From NCBI GenBank assembly GCA_963725665.1, contig CAVRZA010000011.1:576001-640000 (forward strand): DNA of 64,000 bases, given 5' to 3'. Every line of letters begins with the position of its first letter. Within the stretch, counting starts at the first letter, position 1. The notes under the pieces were generated by a model that had not been told where the DNA came from, did not search any database, and was given only the letters and a program-made list of their open reading frames with translations. Source of the stretch: an uncultured Actinomycetes bacterium. GTDB lineage: Bacteria > Actinomycetota > Thermoleophilia > UBA2241. Below are positions 44,465 through 54,448 of this stretch, piece by piece. The translations under genes were made by a program, and so were the position numbers.

Positions 44465-46006
44465 CTAGTGCAGGAAGTGGCGCCGGCTGGTGAAGACGAG
44501 CGCGGCGCCGTGCTCGTCGCAGGCGTTCACGACATCGTCGTCACGCTTCGAGCCCCCGGGCTCCATGAAGGCCATGATGCCGTTCTCCATGGCGAGCTCG
44601 GGTGCGTCCTGGAAGGGGAAGAACGCGTCGGAGCCGATCGAGGCGCCCTTGAGGTCGCCGCGCGCCTTCTCGATGGCGATACGCGTCGAGTCGACGCGGC
44701 TCATCTGCCCCGCTCCGACGCCCAGCGTGGCCAGGTTCTTGGCGATGACGATGGCGTTGGACTTGACGTGTTTGGCCACGCGCTGGGCGAAGATCAGGTC
44801 GCCCCACTCGGCCTCGGTCGGGTGGCGCTTGGTCACGACTTTCATCTGGTCGCGCTCTTCGATATCGGTGTCCTTGTCCTGCACGAGCACGCCGCCCAGG
44901 ACGCGTTTGTAGTCCATGTCGCCCGGGTTCATCTGGCGACGCTCCTTGTCGACCAGGATGCGGATGTCAGCCTTCTTCGTCAGGATCTCGAGCGCGTCGG
45001 GGTCGAAGCCGGGTGCGAAGAGCACCTCGATGAACAATTCCGCCATGCGCTCCGCCGTCTCGACGTCGACAAGGCGGTTGACGGCGATCACCGAGCCGAA
45101 GGCGCTCACGGGATCGCACTCGTAGGCCTTCTCGTAGGCGCTGCCGAGCTTGTCCCCGAGGGCGCAGCCGCAGGGGTTGTTGTGCTTGATGATGACGCAG
45201 CAGGGCAGAGCGAACTCGCTGGCGATGGCGCGCGCGGCGTTCAGGTCGTAGAGGTTGTTGAACGAGAGCTGCTTGCCGTGCAGCTGGGTGACGCGCGAGA
45301 GGAGGTGGCGCCTGGCGCCGACCTCGGCGTAGTAGGCCGCGCGCTGGTGCGGGTTCTCGCCGTAGTTGAGGTCCATGACCTTCTCGTAGTCGCGCAGGAT
45401 GTGGCCGGGGAAGTCACCCTCGGTCTCGCTGAACCAGTTGGCGATGACGGTGTCGTAGTGCGCCGTGCGGTGAAAGGCCTTGGTCGCCAGAGCGCGCAGC
45501 GTCTCGATCTTGAGCTCGCCCCCGCCGGCCTTGAGCTCCTCGAGGACGGGTTCGTAGTCCCCGGGGTCGGTGACCACGGCGACGCCGGCGTGGTTCTTGG
45601 CCGCCGCCCTGATCATCGTCGGCCCACCGATGTCGATGTTCTCGATGACGACCTCTTCGGTGACCCCGCGGCGGCCGGCTACCTCCTCGAAGGGGTAGAG
45701 GCTCACGACGACCATGTCGATGGGTTTGATGTCGTGTTCGGCGATCGTGCGCATGTGCTCGGGCACGTCGCGCTTGGCGAGGATGCCGGCCTGCACCTTC
45801 GGGTGCATGGTCTTGACCCGTCCGTCGAGCATCTCGGGGAAGCCGGTGACGTCTTCGACCAGCGTGACGGGGATGCCGGCTTCACTGAGCGTGCGGGCGG
45901 TGCCGCCCGTCGAGATGATCTCGACGCCGAGGTCGGTGAGGCCGCGGGCGAACGTCTCAAGACCGCGCTTGTTGAACACAGAGATGAGGGCACGCTGGAC
46001 CTTCAC
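44465..46006 (-). CDS. purH: Bifunctional AICAR transformylase / IMP cyclohydrolase
   Basis: RALISV, GRVKTMHP, IDIGGP, YGENPHQ, KHNNPCG, GAGQMSR, SDAFFPF; AAGGAG RBS. Confidence 0.97.
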   Translation of the reverse strand: MKVQRALISVFNKRGLETFARGLTDLGVEIISTGGTARTLSEAGIPVTLVEDVTGFPEMLDGRVKTMHPKVQAGILAKRDVPEHMRTIAEHDIKPIDMVVVSLYPFEEVAGRRGVTEEVVIENIDIGGPTMIRAAAKNHAGVAVVTDPGDYEPVLEELKAGGGELKIETLRALATKAFHRTAHYDTVIANWFSETEGDFPGHILRDYEKVMDLNYGENPHQRAAYYAEVGARRHLLSRVTQLHGKQLSFNNLYDLNAARAIASEFALPCCVIIKHNNPCGCALGDKLGSAYEKAYECDPVSAFGSVIAVNRLVDVETAERMAELFIEVLFAPGFDPDALEILTKKADIRILVDKERRQMNPGDMDYKRVLGGVLVQDKDTDIEERDQMKVVTKRHPTEAEWGDLIFAQRVAKHVKSNAIVIAKNLATLGVGAGQMSRVDSTRIAIEKARGDLKGASIGSDAFFPFQDAPELAMENGIMAFMEPGGSKRDDDVVNACDEHGAALVFTSRRHFLH

Positions 46007-46128
46007 GAGGGACTCCTTTGTCGGCGTGGCTCGGCGCGAGTCTATAGGGTGGGACTGCGGCGGTCGAGGGGGGTCGTACTGAAGGTCGCGAGGGTACCAG
46101 CGCCGCCTCGCCGGGCGGCTGCGGTCGG

Positions 46129-46563
46129 CTATGCCGAGCGCTCGACCTTTGGCGATTGGTCGCGAGCTCCCCGCGCCAGGACGAACCCGAGGAGCCCGGC
46201 GCCGACCAGCACGACCCCCGCGACGAGCCACGGTCGGGGGTCGGGGTACTGGTCGGCGCCGCTCGCCGTTGCAGTGTGCCAGTACACCGTGCCGGGCCCC
46301 TTGCGGTTGAGCCAGGCGATGACGAGGGCGACGACGCCGGCCCCGCCGAGAAGTCCGAACGCGGGGCGGTGGAGGCGTCGCGCGGCGGCCAAGACGATGA
46401 GCGCGACGACCGCCGCAAGCCCGAACATGGGGCCTGGCCCGAGCCAGCTTATGCTGCCCAAGGCGACCATCGCACCGGCTGCAGCCCAGGCTGCGAACTG
46501 CCACCAGTCGCCGGACGTCGGGCGGGTAGGTGTCGAACGATGTGTGGCAGTCTGCGTCGTCAC
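46129..46563 (-). CDS. Hypothetical membrane protein
   Basis: About four hydrophobic segments; TACACT -10 at 46606-46601. Confidence 0.65.
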   Translation of the reverse strand: MTTQTATHRSTPTRPTSGDWWQFAAWAAAGAMVALGSISWLGPGPMFGLAAVVALIVLAAARRLHRPAFGLLGGAGVVALVIAWLNRKGPGTVYWHTATASGADQYPDPRPWLVAGVVLVGAGLLGFVLARGARDQSPKVERSA

Positions 46564-46657
46564 AGAGCGACCTCTGAGCTTGGATGGTGTTCCTCGGGTA
46601 AGTGTACCGCGCTCGGTGGTGCTGTGAACGGACGGTCGGAGGGCCGACGGCGGGCGG

Positions 46658-47717
46658 TCAGCCGAGGCGGGCGACGCGCTCGCCGCGTACGCTCGTCCGG
46701 GCCTTGGCGGAGGCCTCGGCGAGCGCGTCGCCCGCCTCGGCCACGATGCCGACGACCGCCGCCGCCTTGTCGCGCGGCTTGAGCTTGTCTCCCGGCTTCG
46801 GCTTTGGCCAGCAGGCGCACGGCGTCGATGACGGCCTCCCGCCCTCCACGGGCGAACGACTTCGCCAGGTCGATGGTGGGCGCGACGTCGGCGCTGGCGG
46901 CGGCGAACTCCGCCGCCGCCAGCGCGTAGGCGTTCCCGTTGAAGCTCAACGCGACGCCGCCCTCGTCGCGCACGGCGTTCAGGGCCGGTACGTCGGTGAT
47001 GGAGTCTCCCACGTACATCACGTTCGCCAGCGTCGTCTCGTTCTCGGCGGCGACCTCGAGCAGCTCGGTGAGCTTGGCGCCGCCGCCGATGGGACGCACC
47101 TCGTCGAGCATCCGGCCGCTCTCGAGGCCCTCCATCGCGTACCAGAAGAGCTGGTTGAGCTCGCCCACGGTGCGCTGGTCCCGGGGCGAGAGGTCGGCCA
47201 TAGAGGTCGCTCCCTCTGGGATGTCGATCACCGGGCGCGCCAGGATCGCCAGCGCCTGCTCGCGCAGCCACTCCTTCTCTCCTTGGGGCATGCGCCGGGC
47301 GTCGAGGGTCACGTCGGTGCAGCGTACGTGTTCGAACGGGAAGCGCGTCACGTCGCAGAGCGCGCGCAAGTAGGGCGTGTACGAGGTCGAGATGACGTAG
47401 GCCGGCAGCAGAGGCGTGAGCTCATCGATCAGCTTCAAGACGCCGGGGACGAGGAGGACGTTCTCGGCGCTGAACTGCTCGACCTCCTCGTCGCTGACCT
47501 CGTAGGCGAGCAGGAACGGCGGCAGCAAGCGCAGTGTGTCGCCGGCGTTGTAGCCGGGCCGCTGCTCGACGTCGGCGAGAAAGTCGTCGTAGCGCGACAG
47601 GCGGGCGAAGAGCTCGTCCCCCGCGGGGATGAAGCGCTCGGCGATCTCGAGGGCGTTGTCGTTGCGCGAGAGGGGCCCCTCGCAGTCGGTGACGAAGATG
47701 CGGCGGATGTGGTTCAC
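46658..47717 (-). CDS. EhaR-like HAD-superfamily protein (frameshift near 46810)
   Basis: FVTDCEGPLSRNDNA, SRYDDFLA, GYNAGDTL, ISTSY, YVGDSITD, SFNGNAYA; C-terminus SAKARTSVRGERVARLG in the 46658 frame. Confidence 0.8.
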
Positions 47718-47718
47718 C

Positions 47719-48597
47719 CTACGACCTCGCTCTGAGCTCCCCCTCGACGAGGGCCGTGAGGTCTACCGGCAGGTCGAGCGGCGCACCCGTGTCGGGGTCA
47801 CGAGCGTACACCACGCCCGCGTCCGCGCACAGGTCGCCGAGCACGAACTGCCTCACGGTCTGGTAAAGGAGCGGGATCTCGCGCTCCTCGCCGCGGCGGC
47901 GGATCTCGGCGAAGAGAGGCTCGGCCTCGCCCTCGGCGTCGCTGACGCCGTCGAGGCCGAGCCTCTCTTCTTTGGCCAGATACTCCCGCCAGAGCGCGTC
48001 CCACTCGTCGCCCCTGATGGGGAAGCGGACGAGGGCGATCGCCGGCCCGCGGTCGAGCTCAGCCGTCGCCAGGTGCATCATCGCCCCGGTCTCGGCGGCG
48101 CGGGCGCGAAGGAGCTCCCAGATGACCTCCTGCCAGGTTCCCGTTGGTCCGCCGGGGAGCGCCGGGTGGAGGTTGAGGAGCGGGTAGCGGGCGCACATCT
48201 GGGGGCTCGCGATGAGCATGTAACCGGCCAGCACGAGCACGTCGAGGTCGCGGAACTTCAGCTCCCACATGACCTCGTCGTGGAACTGTTCGCGCCAGAG
48301 CGTGCGGCAGGCTACCGGGTCGACGTCGCAGTCGCTCAGCCGCTCCCGCCAGCGCCGCCGGCTGGCCGTGCTCGAGATCGCCGCTACATCGAACCCGAGG
48401 CCCTGGGCGGTCTCGAGGAAGCGGTCGCTCGCCTCGCTCTCGCCGGGCTCGCGGTCACAGAACACGCAGGCGATGTCGAGAGGCAGCCCGTCTGAGGCGG
48501 CGCGGCGCACGACCTCTTCGAGGAGGCGCCGCGCCGCCACGTCGCGTCCGGTCGAGAGCCAGCCGATGCGCGCCGGTCCGCGCTCGGGACGGATCAC
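47719..48597 (-). CDS. purN: Long-form phosphoribosylglycinamide formyltransferase-like protein
   Basis: WLSTGRD, LAGYMLI, LNLHPALP, MHLATAELDRGP; located in the purM operon. Confidence 0.8.
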   Translation of the reverse strand: MIRPERGPARIGWLSTGRDVAARRLLEEVVRRAASDGLPLDIACVFCDREPGESEASDRFLETAQGLGFDVAAISSTASRRRWRERLSDCDVDPVACRTLWREQFHDEVMWELKFRDLDVLVLAGYMLIASPQMCARYPLLNLHPALPGGPTGTWQEVIWELLRARAAETGAMMHLATAELDRGPAIALVRFPIRGDEWDALWREYLAKEERLGLDGVSDAEGEAEPLFAEIRRRGEEREIPLLYQTVRQFVLGDLCADAGVVYARDPDTGAPLDLPVDLTALVEGELRARS

Positions 48598-49583
48598 CGT
48601 CCAGCCTCGCCCAGCGCGCGCTCGTCTGCGACTCGCGCGCGCCATTGCTCCTCGCTCGGGTAGGTCGACCGGCCGATCCCGGTGATGCCTTGAGAAGCGG
48701 CCCAGGCGGCGAGGTGGCCGGCCGCTTCGAGGCCGAGACCCTCCAAGAGGCCGCCGATGAACCCGGCGGCGAACAGGTCGCCGGCGCCGGTCACATCGAC
48801 GACCTCCGCGGGGTGGGGCGGCACGTAGAGGTCGAGTCGCTTGCCGATGATGCGCGCTCCCCGCGCGCCCATCTTGCAGACGACGAGGCCCGTGCCGACC
48901 TTGAGCAGGAACTCGACCGCCTCGTGTGGCTGGAGTCCGCAGAGCAGCCCGAGCTCGCTCTCGGTGGCGAACACGAACGAGGCGCGCTTGAGGAACGGGA
49001 TGAAGCTCTTGACGCCACGGCGGGCGTAGATCTCGCCGGGGTCGAACGCGACCTCGACCTCGCCCGGTAGGCGCTCGAGCAGGCGGAGCTGGGTCTCGAG
49101 CGGCTTCTCGCCCACGAACGAAGAGAAGTAGGCGTAGCGCGTTGTCGGCGCGTGTCGCGGAAGGTCCTTCACGTCGAACTCGTCGTTGGCCCCCGGCCAG
49201 ACGAAGTTGCGGCGCTCGCCGGCGTCGTCGAGGAGGATGTAGACGCGCCCGCTCACGCCGGCTCGGCGCACGTAGCGGCCATCGACCGCGCCCAGCTCGT
49301 GGAGGAGGAACTCGCCCGTGGCGTCCTCGCCCACCCGTCCCATCATGGCGACGGAGAACCCCATGCGGCCGAGGGCGTAGGCGGCGTTGGCCGCCTGTCC
49401 ACCGCCCGACTGTCGGGGCTCGAGGTAGGCCACGGCGTCGTCGATGAACTGTCGCAGCTCCTCGGTGAGGCTCTGCTCGGAGCCCGGCGGCGGCAGCTCG
49501 CCCCACAGCGGGAAGCTCGCCGGCAGCCGGTAGATCAGGTCGAGGTTGAGCGCCCCGCAGCCGACGAGGTCGTACGATCTCAC
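48594..49583 (-). CDS. PfkB-family carbohydrate/nucleoside kinase
   Basis: GALNLD, GGQAANAA, FDPG, DVTGAGDLFAAGF; GTGA overlaps with purM and purN. Confidence 0.9.
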   Translation of the reverse strand: MRSYDLVGCGALNLDLIYRLPASFPLWGELPPPGSEQSLTEELRQFIDDAVAYLEPRQSGGGQAANAAYALGRMGFSVAMMGRVGEDATGEFLLHELGAVDGRYVRRAGVSGRVYILLDDAGERRNFVWPGANDEFDVKDLPRHAPTTRYAYFSSFVGEKPLETQLRLLERLPGEVEVAFDPGEIYARRGVKSFIPFLKRASFVFATESELGLLCGLQPHEAVEFLLKVGTGLVVCKMGARGARIIGKRLDLYVPPHPAEVVDVTGAGDLFAAGFIGGLLEGLGLEAAGHLAAWAASQGITGIGRSTYPSEEQWRARVADERALGEAGR

Positions 49584-50635
49584 AGCGCCAGCTCGCCTCG
49601 GTAGCACACCACGTCTCCGCCGTCGCGCCGCACGACCTCGCCGACGACGCGCGCGGCGAACCCACCGCGCTCGATCACGTCGAGAGCCTTGAGCGTCTGT
49701 CCGACGGGCAAGATGACGACCATGCCGAGGCCGCAGTTGAAGGTCCGCAGCATCTCGTCACGGCTCACGCCGAGGCTGTGGAGCCAGGGGAAGACCGGCG
49801 GCGGGGTCCAGCTCGAGAGGTCGATGAGCGCGCCGAGCCCTTCGGCCACGGCGCGCCCGACGTTGTCGGGAAAGCCGCCGCCGGTGATGTGCGCCGCGGC
49901 GTGCACCTCGCAACCGTGTCCGAGGTCGTGCAACACGGGGCTGTAGATGGCCGTCGGCGTGAGGAGCACCTCGCCGACGGTCCGCTCGACATCGGTGGTG
50001 AAACGGTCGCCGAGGCCGATCGCGTGGTCGCGCAGCAGCGCGCGCACCAGGGAGAAGCCGTTCGAGTGCAGTCCGGTCGAGTCGATGCCGACGAGCGCGT
50101 CGCCCTCGCGGACGTTCGCCGGCCCCCAGAGCTCGTCCTTCGCGGCGAGACCGACGGCGAACCCGGCCATGTCAAAGTCGCTGTCGTCCTTGAAATGGCC
50201 GGGATGCTCGGCGGTCTCGCCGCCCAGCAGCACGCAGCCGGCCCGCAGGCAACCCTCGTCGACGCCGGCCACGAGCTCGGCCACCTGCTCGGGGTCGACC
50301 TTGCCGATCACGAGGTAGTCGAGGAAGAAGAGCGGCACGGCGCCGACGGCGGAGACGTCGTTGACGCTCATCGCCACGAGGTCGATGCCGACCGTGTCCA
50401 GGCGGCCCATCTCCCTGGCGATGAGCACCTTCGTGCCCACGCCGTCGGTCCCGGCCACCAGCACAGCGTCCTTGATCGGCGGCAGCCGCATCACGCCTCC
50501 GAAGCCGCCGATGCCCTCGACCACCAGTGGGTGTCGCGTCGAGCGCAGACGCTCCTTGAGCAGACGCACGGCTTCGTTTCCGGCCGCGATATCGACGCCG
50601 GCGTCCTTGTAGGTGAACCCGTGATCCTCGCTCAT
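49580..50635 (-). CDS. purM: AIR synthetase
   Basis: TYKDAGVDI, TDGVGTK, GGETAE, GLHSNGFSL, HITGGG, TFNCG; TAGAAT -10 at 50702-50697. Confidence 0.97.
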   Translation of the reverse strand: MSEDHGFTYKDAGVDIAAGNEAVRLLKERLRSTRHPLVVEGIGGFGGVMRLPPIKDAVLVAGTDGVGTKVLIAREMGRLDTVGIDLVAMSVNDVSAVGAVPLFFLDYLVIGKVDPEQVAELVAGVDEGCLRAGCVLLGGETAEHPGHFKDDSDFDMAGFAVGLAAKDELWGPANVREGDALVGIDSTGLHSNGFSLVRALLRDHAIGLGDRFTTDVERTVGEVLLTPTAIYSPVLHDLGHGCEVHAAAHITGGGFPDNVGRAVAEGLGALIDLSSWTPPPVFPWLHSLGVSRDEMLRTFNCGLGMVVILPVGQTLKALDVIERGGFAARVVGEVVRRDGGDVVCYRGELAL

Positions 50636-50869
50636 CGTCCCCGTGCGCCTCCCGGAAGGGATGCCGCACTCGCCCGGCGGCGAAGCGGCGAGAGCCATTC
50701 TACGGCACGAGAGGCGCCTGCGGCGCAACAAGCGACCTTGGCGTGCCTCGTCGTGCAGCCGAGTCCGGCAACCTGTTGTGGGCATCAGCGAGTGAGCGGG
50801 CGGCGTGGACGCCACCGGCGTCGTCTGAGAGGCTAGCGACCGCGAGGCCAGAGACGGGAGGGAGGACTC

Positions 50870-51860
50870 ATGGGAACAGAGCAGATGGCACGCACGCGAC
50901 GCGCGCGCCGCGGCGGATCGCCTGCGCGCGGTCGCCGATATCGTCGCGGCGCCGGACTTCGTGCGTCCGCACCTGGGGTCCTTCTACGAGCCCGACGACC
51001 TGACGCTGCTCGAGGCGCTCGGCGCCGGCGAGCGGCCGGTCGGCGATCTGCTCGCGGAGTTGCCCGCAGTGACGCCTGAGGGTCTGCGCCGCGCCCACCG
51101 CCGCGCCGTGATCACCCTCTCGCAGCGACGCCACGAAGGCCGCCGCCGCCTCCTTCTCCGACCGCTTCGAAGCGTGGATCGTCTTCGAAGGCTGGAGGGA
51201 TCTGCCGGCCTCCGTGCGCGAGCGCCTCGCGGCGTGGGACCTCGACAAGTACGTCGAGGAGATCAGAGAGCCCGTCGCGCAGATGGCCGCTGGCCGCAGG
51301 CCCAAAGAGGGCACCGGCAACGACACCTTCGTCCTGCTGGACGAGGCCGAGGCCATCGTCAGGGAGGCGAAGAGGGTGTTCGTCCGGCCCTGCTCCTGCC
51401 GCCGCATCGCGCAGACCTGCGACAAACCGGTCGACGTCTGCCTGTGGATGGACGAGGACGAGCGCGACGAGGGCTGGGAGATCTCACGCGAGCGCGCGAT
51501 CGAGATTCTGCACGAGGCGGACGGGGCCGGTCTCATGCGCACCGCCAACGACGCCGACACCGCGGCCGCCACCTGGATCTGCTGCTGCTGCCCCGACTGC
51601 TGCTACCCTCTCCTCGCCGGCCGAGCGTCTGGGGGCCGCCGACGTCTATCCGACCCGCCGCTACCTCGCCGCCCTCGACGACGATGCCTGCACGCGCTGC
51701 GGCATCTGCGTGCGGCGCTGCCCCTTCGTGGCCTGGAGCCTGCTTGGGAAGGGAGAAGATCGAGTGCTGCGTCTGGAGGAGCTCGAGTGCCGCGGCTGTG
51801 GCGTGTGCGCCACGGGCTGTCCCGAGGGCGCGATCACGATGATGAAGCGGCAGGCGGTGA
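50870..51860 (+). CDS. Cys-rich 4Fe-4S dicluster protein (several frameshifts; ends approximate)
   Basis: CSC-x6-C-x6-C, ICCCCPDCC, CTRCGICVRRCP, CRGCGVCATGCP; GGAGG RBS. Confidence 0.75.
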
Positions 51861-51901
51861 GCGGCACTTCCCTGCAGTCTCGCCCACGTCCGGGAGTCGA
51901 C

Positions 51902-52897
51902 ATGAGCGTGCTCTCGAGAGTGATCGACGCCGGCCGCGACTACCGCAACCCCCTCGACGAGGTCGAGGACGGGCTGTTCGTCGGCACTCGGCGCCCGCAA
52001 TGCCAAGCTCACCCAGTTCTGGGTCCTTCTGGTCCTCGCCAGCGTCATCGCGGCGGGCGGTGTCGTCGGCGGATTCGACGCCGGCAGTGATCGGAGCCAT
52101 GATCGTCGCGCCGCTGGCCACCCCCATCTACGGCGTGGCGCTCGCTACCGTCGTCGGGTCGCGCCGCCATCTGCGCGACGCGCTGCTCCTGCTGGCGTCC
52201 GGCATCGTCGTCAACATCCTGCTGGGCATGCTGGTGGGTCTGGTCACCTTCGACCGCGTGCCGCTCGAGGCCAACCCGCAGATCACCGGTCGAACGGCGC
52301 CGACCGTGCTCGACCTGGCGCATCGCCGTCGCGGTCGGCGTCGCGGGCTGCTTCGCCCTCGTGCGCCGCGACGTCGTCAACATCCTGGCCGGAGTCGCCA
52401 TCGCCATCTCGCTGGTGCCGGTGCTGGCCGTGGTGGGCATCACCCTCGGCTCGGGCCGCCTCGACCTGGCGTGGGGCGCCCTCGTCCTCTTCCTCACCAA
52501 CGCCGCCGCCATCATCGTGGCCGGCGTCGTCGTGTTCACGGCCGCCGGCTACCAGCGCGACGCCGCCGCGCGCGGGGCGCGCGTCGGGCGTCGCGCCAGA
52601 GTGCTCGTCGCCGTCCTCGTCATCGCCCTCGTCATCCCCCTCAGCGTGGCCTCAGTCCGGACCTATCGCTCCGAGCGCTGGGTGAGCGCCACCGAGGCGG
52701 CGACCGAGCACTGGGTCGCCGGCACGGACTGGCAGGTGACCGGCGTCCACGCCGTGGGCGACGACATCGTCGCCAGCGTGATCGGCGGCGGCGAGCCGCC
52801 GCCGATCGAGGTCCTTCGCGCGGACGTGCGACGCTCGGTGCCGGCGGGGGTGACGGTCAGGATCGTCGAGGACAGCGGAAGGACGGTCGAGCTCTAG
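51902..52897 (+). CDS. DUF389 membrane protein (frameshifts near 52000 and 52320)
   Basis: DSTPAVIGAMIVAPL, RTAPTVLDL, GVAIAISLVP, LFLTN. Confidence 0.85.
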
Positions 52898-52955
52898 GAA
52901 CGCAGCGCCGACGAGCGCTGCGGCGGCCCTGGGCTTCGTCAGCGCTGCGGCGTCT

Positions 52956-54446
52956 CTATTCCTGCGGCGTCCGGCAGCTGTCGCGCAGGGAGTCACCGCA
53001 GGCATCGCCCCAGTCGTCTTTGCGCTTGCCGTGCTCCCCTCCGGCTTCGAAGCGCAGCTTGGTGAGAGCCAGCTCGTCCGGGACCTCGATGGGGTAGTCG
53101 CAGGTGAAGCAGGCGCGGCAGAACTGCGACTCCGGCAGCCCGGTGCTCTCCTGTAGGCCGGCGAGCGTGAGGTAGTGCAGTGAGGTGGCTCCCACGTGGC
53201 GGCGGATCTCCTCGATGGAGAGGTTGGCGGCGATCAGCTCCGCCTTGGTCGCCATGTCGATGCCGTAGAAGCAGGGGCAGGTGATCGGCGGGGAGCTGAC
53301 GCGCAGGTGCACCTCGCGCGCGCCGGCCGAGTACAGCATGTCGACGAGCTGCCCGGTCGTGTTGCCGCGCACGATCGAATCGTCGACGACGACGAGGCGC
53401 TTGCCGTGGATGGTTTGCTGCAAGGGGTTCAGCTTCATGCGGATGCCGAGCTGGCGCAGGTGCTGGTCGGGCTGGATGAAGGTGCGGTAGACGTAGCGGT
53501 TCTTGATGAGACCCTCGCCGAACGGGATGCCGCTCTCGCGGCTGTAGCCGATCGCGGCCGAGATGCCGGTATCGGGCACCGGTATGACGAGGTCGGCCTC
53601 GACCGGCGCCTCCATGGCGAGGTGGCGGCCCATCTCGATGCGGCACTCGTGCAGGTTGCGGCCCAGCATGACGGAGTCGGGCCGTGCGAAGTAGATGAAC
53701 TCGAAGATGCAGAGGGCGGGACGCGCTCCGGGGAGCTCGACGCGCTCGCTGCGCACCCCGCCTGGGTCGGCAAGGACGATCTCGCCGGGGTCGATCTCGC
53801 GCACGAAGCTCGCGCCCACGATGTCGAGGGCGCAGGTCTCGCTGGCGATGATGGGATCGCCTTCGAGGTCGCCCAGGCAGAGCGGGCGCACGCCGTAGGG
53901 GTCGCGGAACCCGACGAGGGCGTCGGAGGCGAGCACCGTCGCCGAGAAGGCGCCGCGGATCTTCTCGACGGCGGCGCGCACGGCGGCCTGCAGGTCGCCC
54001 TGGGCCTCGTGGGCGATGAGGGCCGTGATGACCTCGGTGTCGGTCGAGGAGGAGAACTTGACGCCCTGCGCGCGGAGCTCGTCGCGCAGGGCCGTCGTGT
54101 TGACGAGGTTGCCGTTGTGCCCGAGGGCGATCGTGCCCCCGTTGCGTCGGCGCACGAAGGGCTGGGCGTTCTGCCACGCCGTCGACCCCGTGGTCGAGTA
54201 GCGCACGTGGCCGATCGCCATCTGCCCGCTGAGACTGGTCAGCGTCTGCTCGTCGAACACCTGCGCGACGAGCCCCATCTCCTTGATCACCGTGATCTGA
54301 CCGTCGTCGGAGACGGCGATCCCGGCGCTCTCCTGACCGCGATGCTGCAGGGCGTAGAGGCCGAAGAAGGTGAGCCGGGCCACGTCGCGCTCGGGCGCGA
54401 CGACCCCGAAGACGCCGCAACTGTCGTGTAGGCGTTCGCCGTGCAT
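52956..54446 (-). CDS. purF: Amidophosphoribosyltransferase
   Basis: Propeptide then CGVFG, LQHRGQE, GHVRYST, VDDSIVRG, Fe-S Cys motifs. Confidence 0.97.
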   Translation of the reverse strand: MHGERLHDSCGVFGVVAPERDVARLTFFGLYALQHRGQESAGIAVSDDGQITVIKEMGLVAQVFDEQTLTSLSGQMAIGHVRYSTTGSTAWQNAQPFVRRRNGGTIALGHNGNLVNTTALRDELRAQGVKFSSSTDTEVITALIAHEAQGDLQAAVRAAVEKIRGAFSATVLASDALVGFRDPYGVRPLCLGDLEGDPIIASETCALDIVGASFVREIDPGEIVLADPGGVRSERVELPGARPALCIFEFIYFARPDSVMLGRNLHECRIEMGRHLAMEAPVEADLVIPVPDTGISAAIGYSRESGIPFGEGLIKNRYVYRTFIQPDQHLRQLGIRMKLNPLQQTIHGKRLVVVDDSIVRGNTTGQLVDMLYSAGAREVHLRVSSPPITCPCFYGIDMATKAELIAANLSIEEIRRHVGATSLHYLTLAGLQESTGLPESQFCRACFTCDYPIEVPDELALTKLRFEAGGEHGKRKDDWGDACGDSLRDSCRTPQE

Positions 54447-54448
54447 GG

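Noticed and set aside
46007-46128. ZMP/ZTP riboswitch upstream of purH
   Set aside because: No GACTGGCG...GTGG...CCAC...GCCTGGGC pattern on the minus strand
46658-47717. Energy-converting hydrogenase locus
   Set aside because: No NiFe or membrane hydrogenase subunits in the window
51214-53097. 627-aa fusion ORF
   Set aside because: Chimera of frameshifted pieces of the Fe-S and DUF389 genes
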